Assembly (NCBI GenBank): GCA_036751175.1
Contig: CP144859.1
Location: 167,081 to 231,080 of the forward strand
Length of the DNA: 64,000 nucleotides
Direction: 5' to 3'
Source of the DNA: Candidatus Stammera capleta
Lineage (GTDB): Bacteria; Pseudomonadota; Gammaproteobacteria; Enterobacterales; Enterobacteriaceae
In this document: positions 54,014 to 64,000 of the stretch, piece by piece
How positions within the stretch are numbered: the first letter of the stretch is position 1
Layout: every line of letters begins with the position of its first letter
The notes under the pieces: generated by a model
What the model was told of the DNA's origin: nothing
What the model saw: only the letters and a program-made list of their open reading frames with translations
Database searches by the model: none
Position numbers and translations under genes: made by a program

Positions 54014-55096
54014 TTATTTCAATAAATTAAAACAATTTAATAACTTAAATTTTTTTATCAAATATTTAATAATATATTTTTGACTTAATCTTAACCATAC
54101 TCTAGGATCATAATATTTTTTATTAGGATTATTAACACCATCAGGATTACCTAATTGAGAATTTAAATAATTTTTATTAACTAAATAATAATCTAAAACA
54201 CCTTTTCATGAAGATCATTGAATATCTGTATCTAAATTAATTTTTACAACACCATATTTAATAGATTTTTTAATAATTTTTTTACTAGATCCAGAACCAC
54301 CATGAAAAACAAAATTTAATGGATTTATTTCTTTTATAAAACATTTTTCCCTAACTAATTTTTGTGAATTAAATAGAATTATTGGTGACAAAATAATATT
54401 ATCTGATTTATATACTCCATGAACGTTACCAAAAGATGCTGCTATAGTAAAAATATTACCTATTTTAGTTAACTTTTTATAAGCATATAATACATCTTTA
54501 GGGGTAGTATATAAATATTTATGAGATATATTACTATTATTTAAATTATCTTCTTCTCCACCAGTACAACCTAATTCTATTTCAATATTTATATTTAATT
54601 TACTAAATTTTTTAAAGTAAAAACAACATATATCTAAATTATCTTTTATTTTACACCTAGATAAATCTATCATATGAGAACTAAATAAAGATTTACCATA
54701 ATTTTTATAATAATCTATATTAAAATTTAATAAACCATCTAACCATGGTAAACAATCTTTTGTACAATGATCAGTATGCAAAATAACAGGTACATTATAA
54801 TAAATAGAAGCTTCATGTACATATTTAGCTCCTAAAACAGCACCATAAATAGAAGATTTAATTTTATTTTTTTTATAAAAACTTTTACCTAAAAAAAAAG
54901 AAGAACCAGAAAAAGAAAATTGAATAATAACTATAGTATTAGATTTTCTAGCTGCTTCAAGTACAGAATTAATAGAATTTGTATCAATACAATTTATTGC
55001 TGGTAATGCAAAATATTTTATTTTTGCAAAATAAAATATTTTTCTCATATCTTTTCCAGATAATACACCAGGTTTAAGAAAATTTAAAAAATTCAT
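54014..55096 (-). CDS. fbaA: fructose-bisphosphate aldolase class II
   Basis: Track ORF 54215-55096 continues through TGA. ..KINLDTDIQ-W-SSWKGVLDYY..QLGNPDGVNNPNKKYYDPRVWLR.. 360 aa. Confidence 0.93.
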
Positions 55097-55115
55097 AATT
55101 TTATTTATATAAAAT

Positions 55116-56288
55116 TTAAAATAAATTTGATTTACTTTTTAAAATAGATATAACAGGAAGATCTTTACCTTCAAGAAATTTTAAAAACGAACCACCACCA
55201 GTAGATACATAAGAAATTTTATCTATAACACCAAAATTTTCTACTGCTGAAATAGTATCTCCACCTCCTATTACAGAAAAAGACTTACTTTTTACAATAT
55301 ATTTAGATATATATTTAGTACCCTTTTGAAAATTTAAAAATTCAAATACACCTACAGGGCCATTTCACAATATTGTTTTAGCTTTCATTAAAATATTACA
55401 TACTAAATCTATTGTTTTATCACCAAAATCCATTATTTCTTCATTATCAGAAATACTATTAACATTACGTAAATATGACTTAGCATTTTTAGAAAATTTT
55501 TTACCTACTCTACAATCTATAGGAATAAATATATTATATTTATTAAATAATTCTTTAGCTTTATCAATAAAATTAGGTTCATATAAAGATCTACCTACAT
55601 TATTATTCATTGATATAAATGTATTAGATATACCACCACCTACTATTAAAGTATCTGATATACTACCTAAATAATTTAAAATATTAAATTTAGTAGAAAC
55701 TTTTGCACCACCAATTATCGACACCATAGGCCTAATAGGATTTAAAATAATATTTGATAAAGCACTAATTTCAGAAGAAAATAATAAACCTATACAAGAT
55801 ATATTAACAAAATTCATAATACCACATGTTGAAGCATGAGATCTATGAGCTGTTGCAAATGCATCCATGACAAAAATATCACACATACTAGCATATTTTT
55901 TAGATAATTTATTATCATTTTTTTTTTCACCAATATTAAAACGAACATTTTCTAACATAATAATGTTATTTTTAAAATTAGAAAAAGATATTTTTTTATC
56001 TAAATAATTAGATATAAATTTCATTGGAACATTTAATTTTTTTTTTAAATAATTAAATATAGGTAATAAAGAATACTTTTTATCATAAATACCTTCAATA
56101 GGTCTACCTAAATGAGAAGTTATTATAATTTTTGCTCCTTTATTAAGAGCATATTTTATAGTTGGTAATGAAGATCTAATTCTTTTACTAGATTTAATAA
56201 TTCCATTTAATATAGGTACATTTAAATCTAATCTAATCATTACTATTTTATTAAACAAATCTACATCTTGTATCTTTAAAATAGACAT
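55116..56288 (-). CDS. pgk: phosphoglycerate kinase
   Basis: Track ORF 55365-56324, trimmed to ATG 56288 ([17 protein letters not shown] upstream), and extended through TGA: [29 protein letters not shown]. 390 aa. Confidence 0.93.
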
Positions 56289-56335
56289 AAAATTCACCTT
56301 AATTACAATTAATAAATAAAACAAAAATACTAAAA

Positions 56336-56872
56336 TTATTTTTTAAAATAAAAACTAGAATTTCATAATCGATAAAATTCATTTTGATATTTTATTGCAA
56401 TTTTAGGCATACAATTTAAATAAATAATATTTTCTGCATTAAAATTATTAGCAGAAAAAGTGTAATTATATGAACCAGTTTCTACTGAATTATTATCAAT
56501 AACTAAAAACTTATTATGCATAATATTATAATTAAAATTCAATTTTATAGGTATATTATAATAAAACATTTTTTTTAAAATATTTTTTTTTTTTTTAATA
56601 TTTTTACCATCTAATAATATCTTAATATTAACACCTTTTCTATAAACATTAATTAAAGAATCTATAATATTTTTACTATTTAAATTATATGCAGCTAATA
56701 ATATTTCTTTTTTAGCACTATTAATATAATTTATTATTTTATTTTCTATTTTATAATTTTTATTAGGAGAAAAAAAAACTATTAATTTAGGTTTACTTAA
56801 ATAATTACAAGAAAAAGAAATATTTAAAATAAAAACATAAAATATAACAAAAAACACTAATATTTTTTTCAT
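56336..56872 (-). CDS. phospholipase D superfamily single-HKD protein with signal peptide (Nuc-like endonuclease)
   Basis: Hydrophobic N-terminus MKKILVFFVIFYVFILNISFS. One complete HKD motif, HNKFLVIDNNSVETGSYN (HxK-x4-D-x6-GSxN). Continues through TGA 56363-56365 to TAA. 178 aa, about the size of plasmid pKM101 Nuc as I recall it. Confidence 0.62.
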
Positions 56873-56880
56873 TTATATAT

Positions 56881-57408
56881 TTAAAAATTATAAAATTTTA
56901 AAATATCAACTATTAATTTACTTGTTCAAATATTTATTCTTCTATTAGTAAATTTAAATTGATTAATTTCATCTATCATTAAACCAATAAAATAATTTTT
57001 ATTAATTAAACTTAAAGATTTTTTAAAAAAATAACCTTTTGTAGGTCAATAACCAATTATCAACCCATTATTTTCCTTTACTATATTATACAATTTATAA
57101 ACACCATTACAAAAATGATTACTATAATCTTTTTGATTACCACAACCTAAAAAAGATACTACTTTTTTACTAAAATTTATTTTTTTAAAACTATTTAAAA
57201 AATTATCTCAATCATATTGTAACTCACCACAATATCATGTAGAAGTACTAAATATTAGTGAATTAAATTTTTTAAAATCATTTATTGAACTACTAGAAAT
57301 ATTTAAAATATTAACATCAAAATATTTATTCAATTTTTCATATATTAAATATGATATATTTTTTGTATTACCAGTATCACTACCAAAAAAAATTCCTATT
57401 TTCAACAT
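56881..57408 (-). CDS. fldA: flavodoxin
   Basis: A table-4 ORF with no track entry. MLKIGIFFGSDTGNTKNISYLI..STSTW(TGA)YCGELQYDW(TGA)DNF..FLGCGNQKDYSNHFCN..GYW(TGA)PTKGY..GLMIDE parallels E. coli FldA. AGGA lies upstream. 175 aa. Confidence 0.9.
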
Positions 57409-57519
57409 TACATTTCCTTTAAAATTAATAAATTTAATTATATAACAATGTTATTGTATAATAAAATTATATATTTTAGTAAATTTATATTTAAATAAAA
57501 AATAAATTTAATATTTAAA

Positions 57520-58329
57520 ATGTGCATTAATAAAAAAAAAATAATTATATTTTTAGATTCTGGAGTAGGTGGTATATCTATATTAAAAAAAATAAATAAA
57601 TATATACCTAATAATATTAAAACAATTTATACTATGGATAATTTAAAATTTCCTTATGGAAATAAAAATTATTTATATATTACTAAAAGAATAATTAAAA
57701 TAATTAAATATTTTAAAAATATATATTATATATATATGATTATATTAGCTTGTAATACAGCTAGTATCACTAGTTTAAAATATTTAAAAAAAAAATTTAA
57801 ATTTCCTATAATAGGAATATTTCCATTAATAAAAAAATCTTTCAAAATAACAAAAAAAAAAACAATTTTACTTTTAGGTACATATTTAACAATTAACTCA
57901 CATTATATAAATAATATCATAAAAAAATATTTACCTAAAAATATAAATATAATAACAAAATATTCTTCGGAATTAGTTTATCAATCTGAATTAAAAATAA
58001 GAAAAAATAAAATAAATTTCAATAAAATTAAAAATATTTTTAAAAAAGAAAAAAAAATAAAAAAATTAGACACTATTATACTAGGATGTACACATTTTAA
58101 TTTTTTAATTAAAGAAATAAAAAAAATATTTAACAAAAAAATATTTTTTATAAAAAATATTTCTAAAATAAAAAAAAAAATTATCAATTTTTTTTTAAAC
58201 AAAAAAAATATTAAAAAAAAAAAAAAAACATATTTATGTTACACTAAAAAAAAAAAAAATAAAAAAAAATTTATTAAAAAAATCAATAAAATATATAAAT
58301 TTTCAAAATTTAAAAAAATTAATATTTAA
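57520..58329 (+). CDS. murI: glutamate racemase
   Basis: Intact 269-aa ORF. FLDSGVGGISIL, FPYGNK, ILACNTASI, ILGCTHFNFL. Confidence 0.85.
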   Translation: MCINKKKIIIFLDSGVGGISILKKINKYIPNNIKTIYTMDNLKFPYGNKNYLYITKRIIKIIKYFKNIYYIYMIILACNTASITSLKYLKKKFKFPIIGIFPLIKKSFKITKKKTILLLGTYLTINSHYINNIIKKYLPKNINIITKYSSELVYQSELKIRKNKINFNKIKNIFKKEKKIKKLDTIILGCTHFNFLIKEIKKIFNKKIFFIKNISKIKKKIINFFLNKKNIKKKKKTYLCYTKKKKNKKKFIKKINKIYKFSKFKKINI

Positions 58330-58346
58330 TTTATTTATAACAAATA

Positions 58347-58955
58347 ATGTTAAAAAATAATTTCAAATTTAAAGATCTATTTAATATATTTTTTATTTTT
58401 CAAATAAACGAAATTTTATGAACTTTTTTTTTTAATAAAAATATATTTATTTGAAAAATACTATATATTTCTTTTTTAATAAATAAAATAATAGAATTAC
58501 CTATAATAATTATTACTCATATAATATTAATATATATATATATAAAAATATATAATATCAAAAATATAATTATATTGTCTTGTATAATATTATCTATATC
58601 TTTAATTACTAAAAAAATAATTAAAAAAAATCTTTTTATTTTAAGACCATATAATATTTACATAGAAAAAAATAATAATAAAAAATATATACCAAAATGA
58701 ATAATTAATCAATGAAAAAAAAAAAATAATAGTTCTTTTCCTTCTGGACATACATTATTTACAAGTTATTGAATAATAACCTTTTGAAAAAAAAAAAAAA
58801 AAAAAATAAATAAAATTATTATTTTAATATTAATTTTACTTACTTTAAATAGAATTATATTATTTTTACATAGAAGTTATGAAATAATATTTAGTTTTAT
58901 AATTAATATATTTTTAATATATATTATAAAAAAAATAATATTATATATAAAATAA
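58347..58955 (+). pseudogene. pgpB: PAP2-family lipid phosphatase (PgpB-like) split into three frame segments at two poly(A) tracts (pseudogene or slippage-dependent CDS)
   Basis: Segment A (frame 3, from ATG 58347) carries motif 1, KKIIKKNLFILRP. Segment B (frame 2) carries SSFPSGHTLFTSYW. Segment C (frame 3, to TAA 58953-58955) carries NRIILFLHRSYE (R-x5-H-x3-E). The junctions lie in the A11 tract 58715-58725 and the A21 tract 58786-58806. Confidence 0.6.
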
Positions 58956-59870
58956 TTAAATTTTAAATATAGAAAAATCATAAGCTATTTCAGTATTTGG
59001 AAAAATATTAATACATTCTTTTAATATTTTTTTAAGATCATTATAATTATATCTAGAACTAAAATGAGTAAGTATAAGTTTTTTAACAAAATATCTTTTA
59101 GCAAAAATAGCAGCTTGAATATTAGTAGAATGACCTCTAATATTAGCTATATTTAACATAGAATTATCTAAAGTAGATTCATGAATTAAAATATCAAGAT
59201 TATAAAAAAAACTATAACTTTTTATTAAAGGAGCTGTATCACCTAATATTAATATATTTTTACCTTTTATTTTTTTACCTAAATATTTTTTACTATTTAT
59301 AATTTTACCATTATTTAATTTTATATTTTTACCTAATTTTAAATATTTATATATTGGACCAGGTAAAATACCATCATAAATTAATTTTTTAACATTTAAA
59401 TGACCAACTTTATCTTTTTCTTTAATATAAAAACCATAACATTCTACTGAATGATTTAACAAAAATGAAATAATTTTATATCTTTTATTATCTAAAATTA
59501 TCCCTTCTTCAATTTCAAAAATATTTAAAGGAAAATTTATATAAGAATTACTCATCTTTAAAAACATATTTATATAGTTTTTAATACCTTTTGCACCATA
59601 AATATCTAATTTTTCAGAAACACTATTTATAGATCTACTAGTTAATAATCCAGGTAAACCAAAAATATGATCACCATGCATATGTGTTATAAATATTTTT
59701 TTAATTTTACTTAATTTTATTGAAGTACGTAATATTTGATGTTGAGTAGCTTCACCACAATCAAATAACCATACTTCATAAATATTACTATTTAAAATTA
59801 AAGCTATACTTGTAACATTTCTTTTAATACTAGGAGATCCAGCATTTGTACCTAAAAATTGTATTAACAT
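58956..59870 (-). CDS. rnz: ribonuclease Z / RNase BN
   Basis: Intact 304-aa ORF. MLIQFLGTNAGSPS, the metallo-beta-lactamase motif ITHMHGDHIFGLPGLL, ILGDT, HESTL, LTHFSSRY. Confidence 0.9.
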   Translation of the reverse strand: MLIQFLGTNAGSPSIKRNVTSIALILNSNIYEVWLFDCGEATQHQILRTSIKLSKIKKIFITHMHGDHIFGLPGLLTSRSINSVSEKLDIYGAKGIKNYINMFLKMSNSYINFPLNIFEIEEGIILDNKRYKIISFLLNHSVECYGFYIKEKDKVGHLNVKKLIYDGILPGPIYKYLKLGKNIKLNNGKIINSKKYLGKKIKGKNILILGDTAPLIKSYSFFYNLDILIHESTLDNSMLNIANIRGHSTNIQAAIFAKRYFVKKLILTHFSSRYNYNDLKKILKECINIFPNTEIAYDFSIFKI

Positions 59871-60047
59871 TATACAAAATATAAATTAAAATATAATAAT
59901 ATTATTATAACAAATACAAATTATTATATATAAATTTTTTAAAAATGAAATATAATATATTTTACAAAATAAAATTTTAATATTAAAAATTAACTTATAA
60001 TCTGATAATATTAAAAGTATTAAATTTTATAACTTAAATAAATAAAT

Positions 60048-60950
60048 ATGATAAAAAATATAGGCATACTTACTAGTGGTGGTGATGCACCAGGAATGAA
60101 TACATTAATATTTAATTTAGTTAAACTAGGTATAAAAAATAATTTTCGTTTATATGGTATATATAATGGTTTTTATGGTTTATACAATAAAAAAATAAAA
60201 TTATTAAATAAAAAAAAAATATTAAATATTTCTAATACTGGAGGAACATTTTTAAAATCATCAAGATTTTTAAAATTAAAAAATTATGAAATAAGAAAAA
60301 AAATAGTTAAAAATATAAAAAAAAAAATAGATGTATTAATTGTAATAGGAGGAGAAGGTTCATATAAAGGAGCATCAAAATTAAACAATATGAATTTACC
60401 ATGTATTACAATACCAGGAACAATAGACAATGATATTCCTGGAACAGAATATACAATTGGTTATTTTACAGCTTTAGAAAACATTATAAGAGCAATAGAT
60501 AATATTAAAGATACATGTTTATCACATAATAGAATATGTATTCTAGAAGTTATGGGTAGAAAATGTGGTAATTTAGCTTTATCCTCTGCATTAGCATGTT
60601 CATGTGATATTACTATAATACCAGAAATAAAATTTAATAAAAAAAAAATAATAAAAAAAATAATACAAAAAAATAAAAATAATATTATAGATAATAATAT
60701 TATTATTATTACAGAAAATATATATAATATTAAAAAATTAGCTATAGAAATAGAAAAAAAAACTAAAATAGAAACAAGAGCAATATCTTTAGGTCATATA
60801 CAAAGAGGAGGTAGACCAATAGCATTAGATAGAATAATAGCATATAAAATGGGACATTATGCTATAAAATTAATTAAAAAAAATAAATTAGGACAATGTA
60901 TAGGAATAAAAAATGGAAAAATTATAAGTTATAAATTAGAAAATAAATAA
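60048..60950 (+). CDS. pfkA: ATP-dependent 6-phosphofructokinase
   Basis: Intact 300-aa ORF. IGILTSGGDAPGMN, VIGGEGSY, PGTIDNDIPGT, TIGYFTAL, MGRKCG, SLGHIQRGG. Confidence 0.93.
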   Translation: MIKNIGILTSGGDAPGMNTLIFNLVKLGIKNNFRLYGIYNGFYGLYNKKIKLLNKKKILNISNTGGTFLKSSRFLKLKNYEIRKKIVKNIKKKIDVLIVIGGEGSYKGASKLNNMNLPCITIPGTIDNDIPGTEYTIGYFTALENIIRAIDNIKDTCLSHNRICILEVMGRKCGNLALSSALACSCDITIIPEIKFNKKKIIKKIIQKNKNNIIDNNIIIITENIYNIKKLAIEIEKKTKIETRAISLGHIQRGGRPIALDRIIAYKMGHYAIKLIKKNKLGQCIGIKNGKIISYKLENK

Positions 60951-60973
60951 AAATTAATAATTTTAAATAAATA

Positions 60974-62599
60974 ATGAAAAAAAAAATAAACAATTTTATA
61001 TATAAAATTATTAGTAATGATACTAAAAAAAAAAAATATAAAAAAATAATTACTCGTTTTCCACCAGAACCAAATGGTTATTTACATATAGGACATGTTA
61101 AATCAATATATATAAATTTTAAAATAGCTAAAGATTTTAAAGGTAAATGTAATTTACGTTTTGATGATACTAATCCAAATACAGAAAAAAAAATATATAT
61201 AAAATCAATTAAAAAAGATATTAAATGATTAGGTTTTAAATGACATAAAAAAGAAAAATATACTTCAAATTATTTTAAAATTTATTATAAATATGCAAAA
61301 AAATTAATTAAAAATAATTTAGCATATATAGATGAATTATCTATAAAAAAAATTAAAAAATATAGAGGTACTTTAACTAAACCAGGTATAGATAGTCCTT
61401 TTAGAACTAGAAGTATTAAAGAAAATTTAAAATTATTTAAAAAAATGAAAGAAGGATATTTTAAAGAAAAAAAAATATGTTTAAGAGCTAAAATAAATAT
61501 GAAATCTAAACATATAATTATGAGAGATCCTGTACTTTATAGAATAAAATACTCTATACATCCTAAAACTAAAAAAAAATGATGTATATATCCAATGTAT
61601 GATTTTGCTCATTGTATAGCTGACTCTATAGAAAAAATTACACATTCTATATGTACATTAGAATTTCAAAATAATAAAAAATTATATAACTGAATATTAA
61701 AAAATATTAAAGTTAAACATTATCCTAAACAATATGAATTTTCTAAACTTAACATAAGCTATAATATTACTTCAAAAAGAAAAATAAATGAATTAATAAA
61801 AAAAAAAATAATTAAAGGATGAAATGATCCTAGATTAATGACTTTATCAGGAATGAAAAAAAGAGGATATACACCAAAATCTATCATAAATTTTTGTAAA
61901 TCATTAGGTGTAAGTAAACAAGAAAATATTATAGATATAAATATACTAGAAAAATATTTAAGACATGAACTAAACAATAGTGCACCAAGAATAATGGGTA
62001 TAATAAATCCTTTAAAAATAATATGTACTAATATAAATAAAAATTATTTATTAAATATTAAAGTACAAAATCATCCCTTAAATAAAAATATGGGAAAAAG
62101 AAAAATAATATTTAGTAAAGAAATATATATAGATAAAAAAGATATTAAAAAACTTTATTTTTTAAATGAAAAAAATAAAATAATAAAAAAAAAAGTTAGA
62201 TTAAAATATGCAGGAATAATAAAATTACAAAAAATTATTAAAGATAAAAACAATAAAATTTTATATTTAAAATGTAAATTTTATAAAACAAAAAAAAATA
62301 AAAATATTAATATAATACATTGATTATCTAAAAAAAATTCTTTAAAAACAAAAATAAAATTTTATTTTAAATTATTTAATTTTAAAAACCCTAATAAAAA
62401 AAAAAATATTTTATCTATAATAAATAAAAAATCCTTAAAAATTAAACAAGGATATGTAGAAAAATCAATATTAAATAATAAATATAAAATTTTTCAATTT
62501 GAAAGAATAGGTTATTTTAAATTAAATAAAAAATATTTTAAAAATAAAATTTATTTAAATCAAATAATACCATTAAAAAATATAAATAAATATAATTAA
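60974..62599 (+). CDS. glnS: glutamine--tRNA ligase
   Basis: Track fragments 60974-61228 and 61838-62323 share one frame, with only TGA between them. [41 protein letters not shown]-like [15 protein letters not shown]. 541 aa. Confidence 0.93.
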
Positions 62600-62617
62600 T
62601 AAATATTTGGAATTTAT

Positions 62618-63070
62618 ATGTATATAAAACAAAATAAAAAAAATATATCTTTAAATATATTAGATTTAGCAGGTATTAAACCTTATAAAAAAAAAAAAAA
62701 CGAAAAATATATGAATAATTTACAAATTAATCATTTTAAAAAAATTTTATTAACATTACATAAACAACTAACTATTAGTTCTAATAAAAAATATTTTAAT
62801 AATAAAGAAACAATAAATTTTCCAGATCCTATAGATAGAGCAGTACAAGAAGAAGAATTTACATTTAATTTAATTAATAAAGATAGAGAACAAAAATTAA
62901 TAAACAAAATAGAAAATACTATCAAAAAAATTAATGAAAAAAAATTTGGTTATTGTGAAACATGTGGTACTAAAATAGGAATTAAAAGATTAGAAGCTCA
63001 ACCTACAGCTAATTTATGTATAGATTGTAAAATATTATCAGAAATAAAAGAAAAACAAATAATAAGTTAA
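62618..63070 (+). CDS. dksA: RNA polymerase-binding transcription factor DksA
   Basis: Intact 150-aa [60 protein letters not shown]. Confidence 0.93.
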   Translation: MYIKQNKKNISLNILDLAGIKPYKKKKNEKYMNNLQINHFKKILLTLHKQLTISSNKKYFNNKETINFPDPIDRAVQEEEFTFNLINKDREQKLINKIENTIKKINEKKFGYCETCGTKIGIKRLEAQPTANLCIDCKILSEIKEKQIIS

Positions 63071-63172
63071 ATAAATATTTTTAAAAAAAACAAATTTAAT
63101 ATATACTTTATTTTAAAATTTAAATATAATTTTGTAAATTAATATAATTTCAATTTTAAAATTAAATTACTT

Positions 63173-64000
63173 ATGATAAAAAAAATATGATTAGAAAAAT
63201 TACATCCTAATATAGGACAATTTATAAAAATAAACAAAATTATTTATAAAAAAAAAACTAAATATCAAAAAATACTTATAGTAAATAATAAAAAAATAGG
63301 TAATATATTAATATTAGATAATATAATTCAAACAACAGATTTTGATGAATTTATATATCATGAAATGATATGTTTAGTACCTATATTTAGTCATCATAAT
63401 CCTAAAAAAATTTTAATTATAGGAGGAGGAGATGGTGGATGTTTAAAACAAATAATAAAAATTAAAAGTATTAAATCTATATTTCTAATAGAAATTGACA
63501 AAAAAATAATTTCTTGTTCAAAAAAATATTTATTCAAAATTCATAAAAATTCTTTTAATGATAAAAGAGTAAATATTATATATGATAATGGTATAAATTT
63601 TATAAAAAAAAATAATAAAAAATTTGATATTATTATAATAGACGGTACAGATCCTGTAGGACAAGGTAAAAATTTATTTACTAAAAATTTTTATACTAAT
63701 TGTAATAAATCTCTTACAAAAAATGGAATAATAGTTACTCAAAGCGGAACAATTTTACAAAAAAAACAAATAATAAATAATTTATATTGTATTAAAAAGA
63801 TATTTAATTTTGCAGGATTATATCAAGCAAATGTACCCACATATTATGGTGGTAACATATTTTTTATATGAGCATCAAAAAAAAATAATTTAAAAAAAAT
63901 AAATTTTAACAATTTATATAAAAAATTAAATTTATACAAATTTAAATATTATAGTCCTAAAATACATATTAATAGTTTTATATTACCTAAATTTATATTT
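63173..64000 (+). CDS. speE: spermidine synthase (3' end outside window)
   Basis: ATG 63173 is in the same frame as track fragment 63365-63871. MIKKIW(TGA)LEKLHPNIGQF..LDNIIQTTDFDEFIYHEMI..IIGGGDGGCLK..IIDGTDPVGQG..YQANVPTYYGGNIFFIW(TGA)AS. Open to the window end. Confidence 0.9.

Overview
The window is a gene-dense stretch of an extremely A+T-rich, heavily reduced gammaproteobacterial chromosome. Gene content and local synteny are Enterobacterales-like and resemble obligate insect endosymbionts; I cannot name the organism from sequence alone.

The key to reading it is that TGA encodes Trp (translation table 4). Dozens of in-frame TGA codons fall on conserved Trp positions. Every gene end I traced is TAA or TAG. 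The supplied standard-code ORF track therefore splits most long genes (recC, recB, recD, gyrB, leuS, thrS, pheT, glnS, yidC, murJ and others) into pieces that lie in a single frame.

Retranslated with table 4, I call about 62 protein genes and 3 tRNAs. Spacers are mostly under 150 nt and several genes overlap.
- Replication and recombination: gyrB-dnaN-dnaA, divergent from rpmH-rnpA-yidC-mnmE; recC-recB-recD; holA.
- Translation: tyrS, leuS, thrS-infC-rpmI-rplT-pheST-ihfA, glnS, rpsP-trmD-rplS, rpmF.
- Glycolysis: eno, pgk, fbaA, pfkA, ldhA.
- Redox and Fe-S: pntAB, sufBCDSE, fpr, fldA.
- Envelope: murJ, murI, a pgpB-like gene.
- Other: rne, rnz, dksA, speE, rimK, ppa, pmbA.

I saw no CRISPR array, transposase, integrase, phage gene, rRNA or defence island, and I cannot support a new multi-gene system here.

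The observations most worth a second look are:
- the UGA recoding itself;
- two genes interrupted only at long poly(A) tracts (ygfA once, a PgpB-like PAP2 phosphatase twice with offsetting shifts), which fits pseudogenisation or rescue by transcriptional slippage;
- very long in-frame poly(A) tracts inside essential genes;
- eroded editing domains in ThrRS and LeuRS;
- a secreted single-HKD (Nuc-like) PLD-family nuclease beside pgk;
- a perfect 36-bp palindrome abutting the thrS ribosome-binding site;
- clean excision of recF, rimM, ptrA, lptE and plsX-fabHDG from otherwise conserved operons.

All homology statements come from my recollection of E. coli proteins and motifs, not from a database search.
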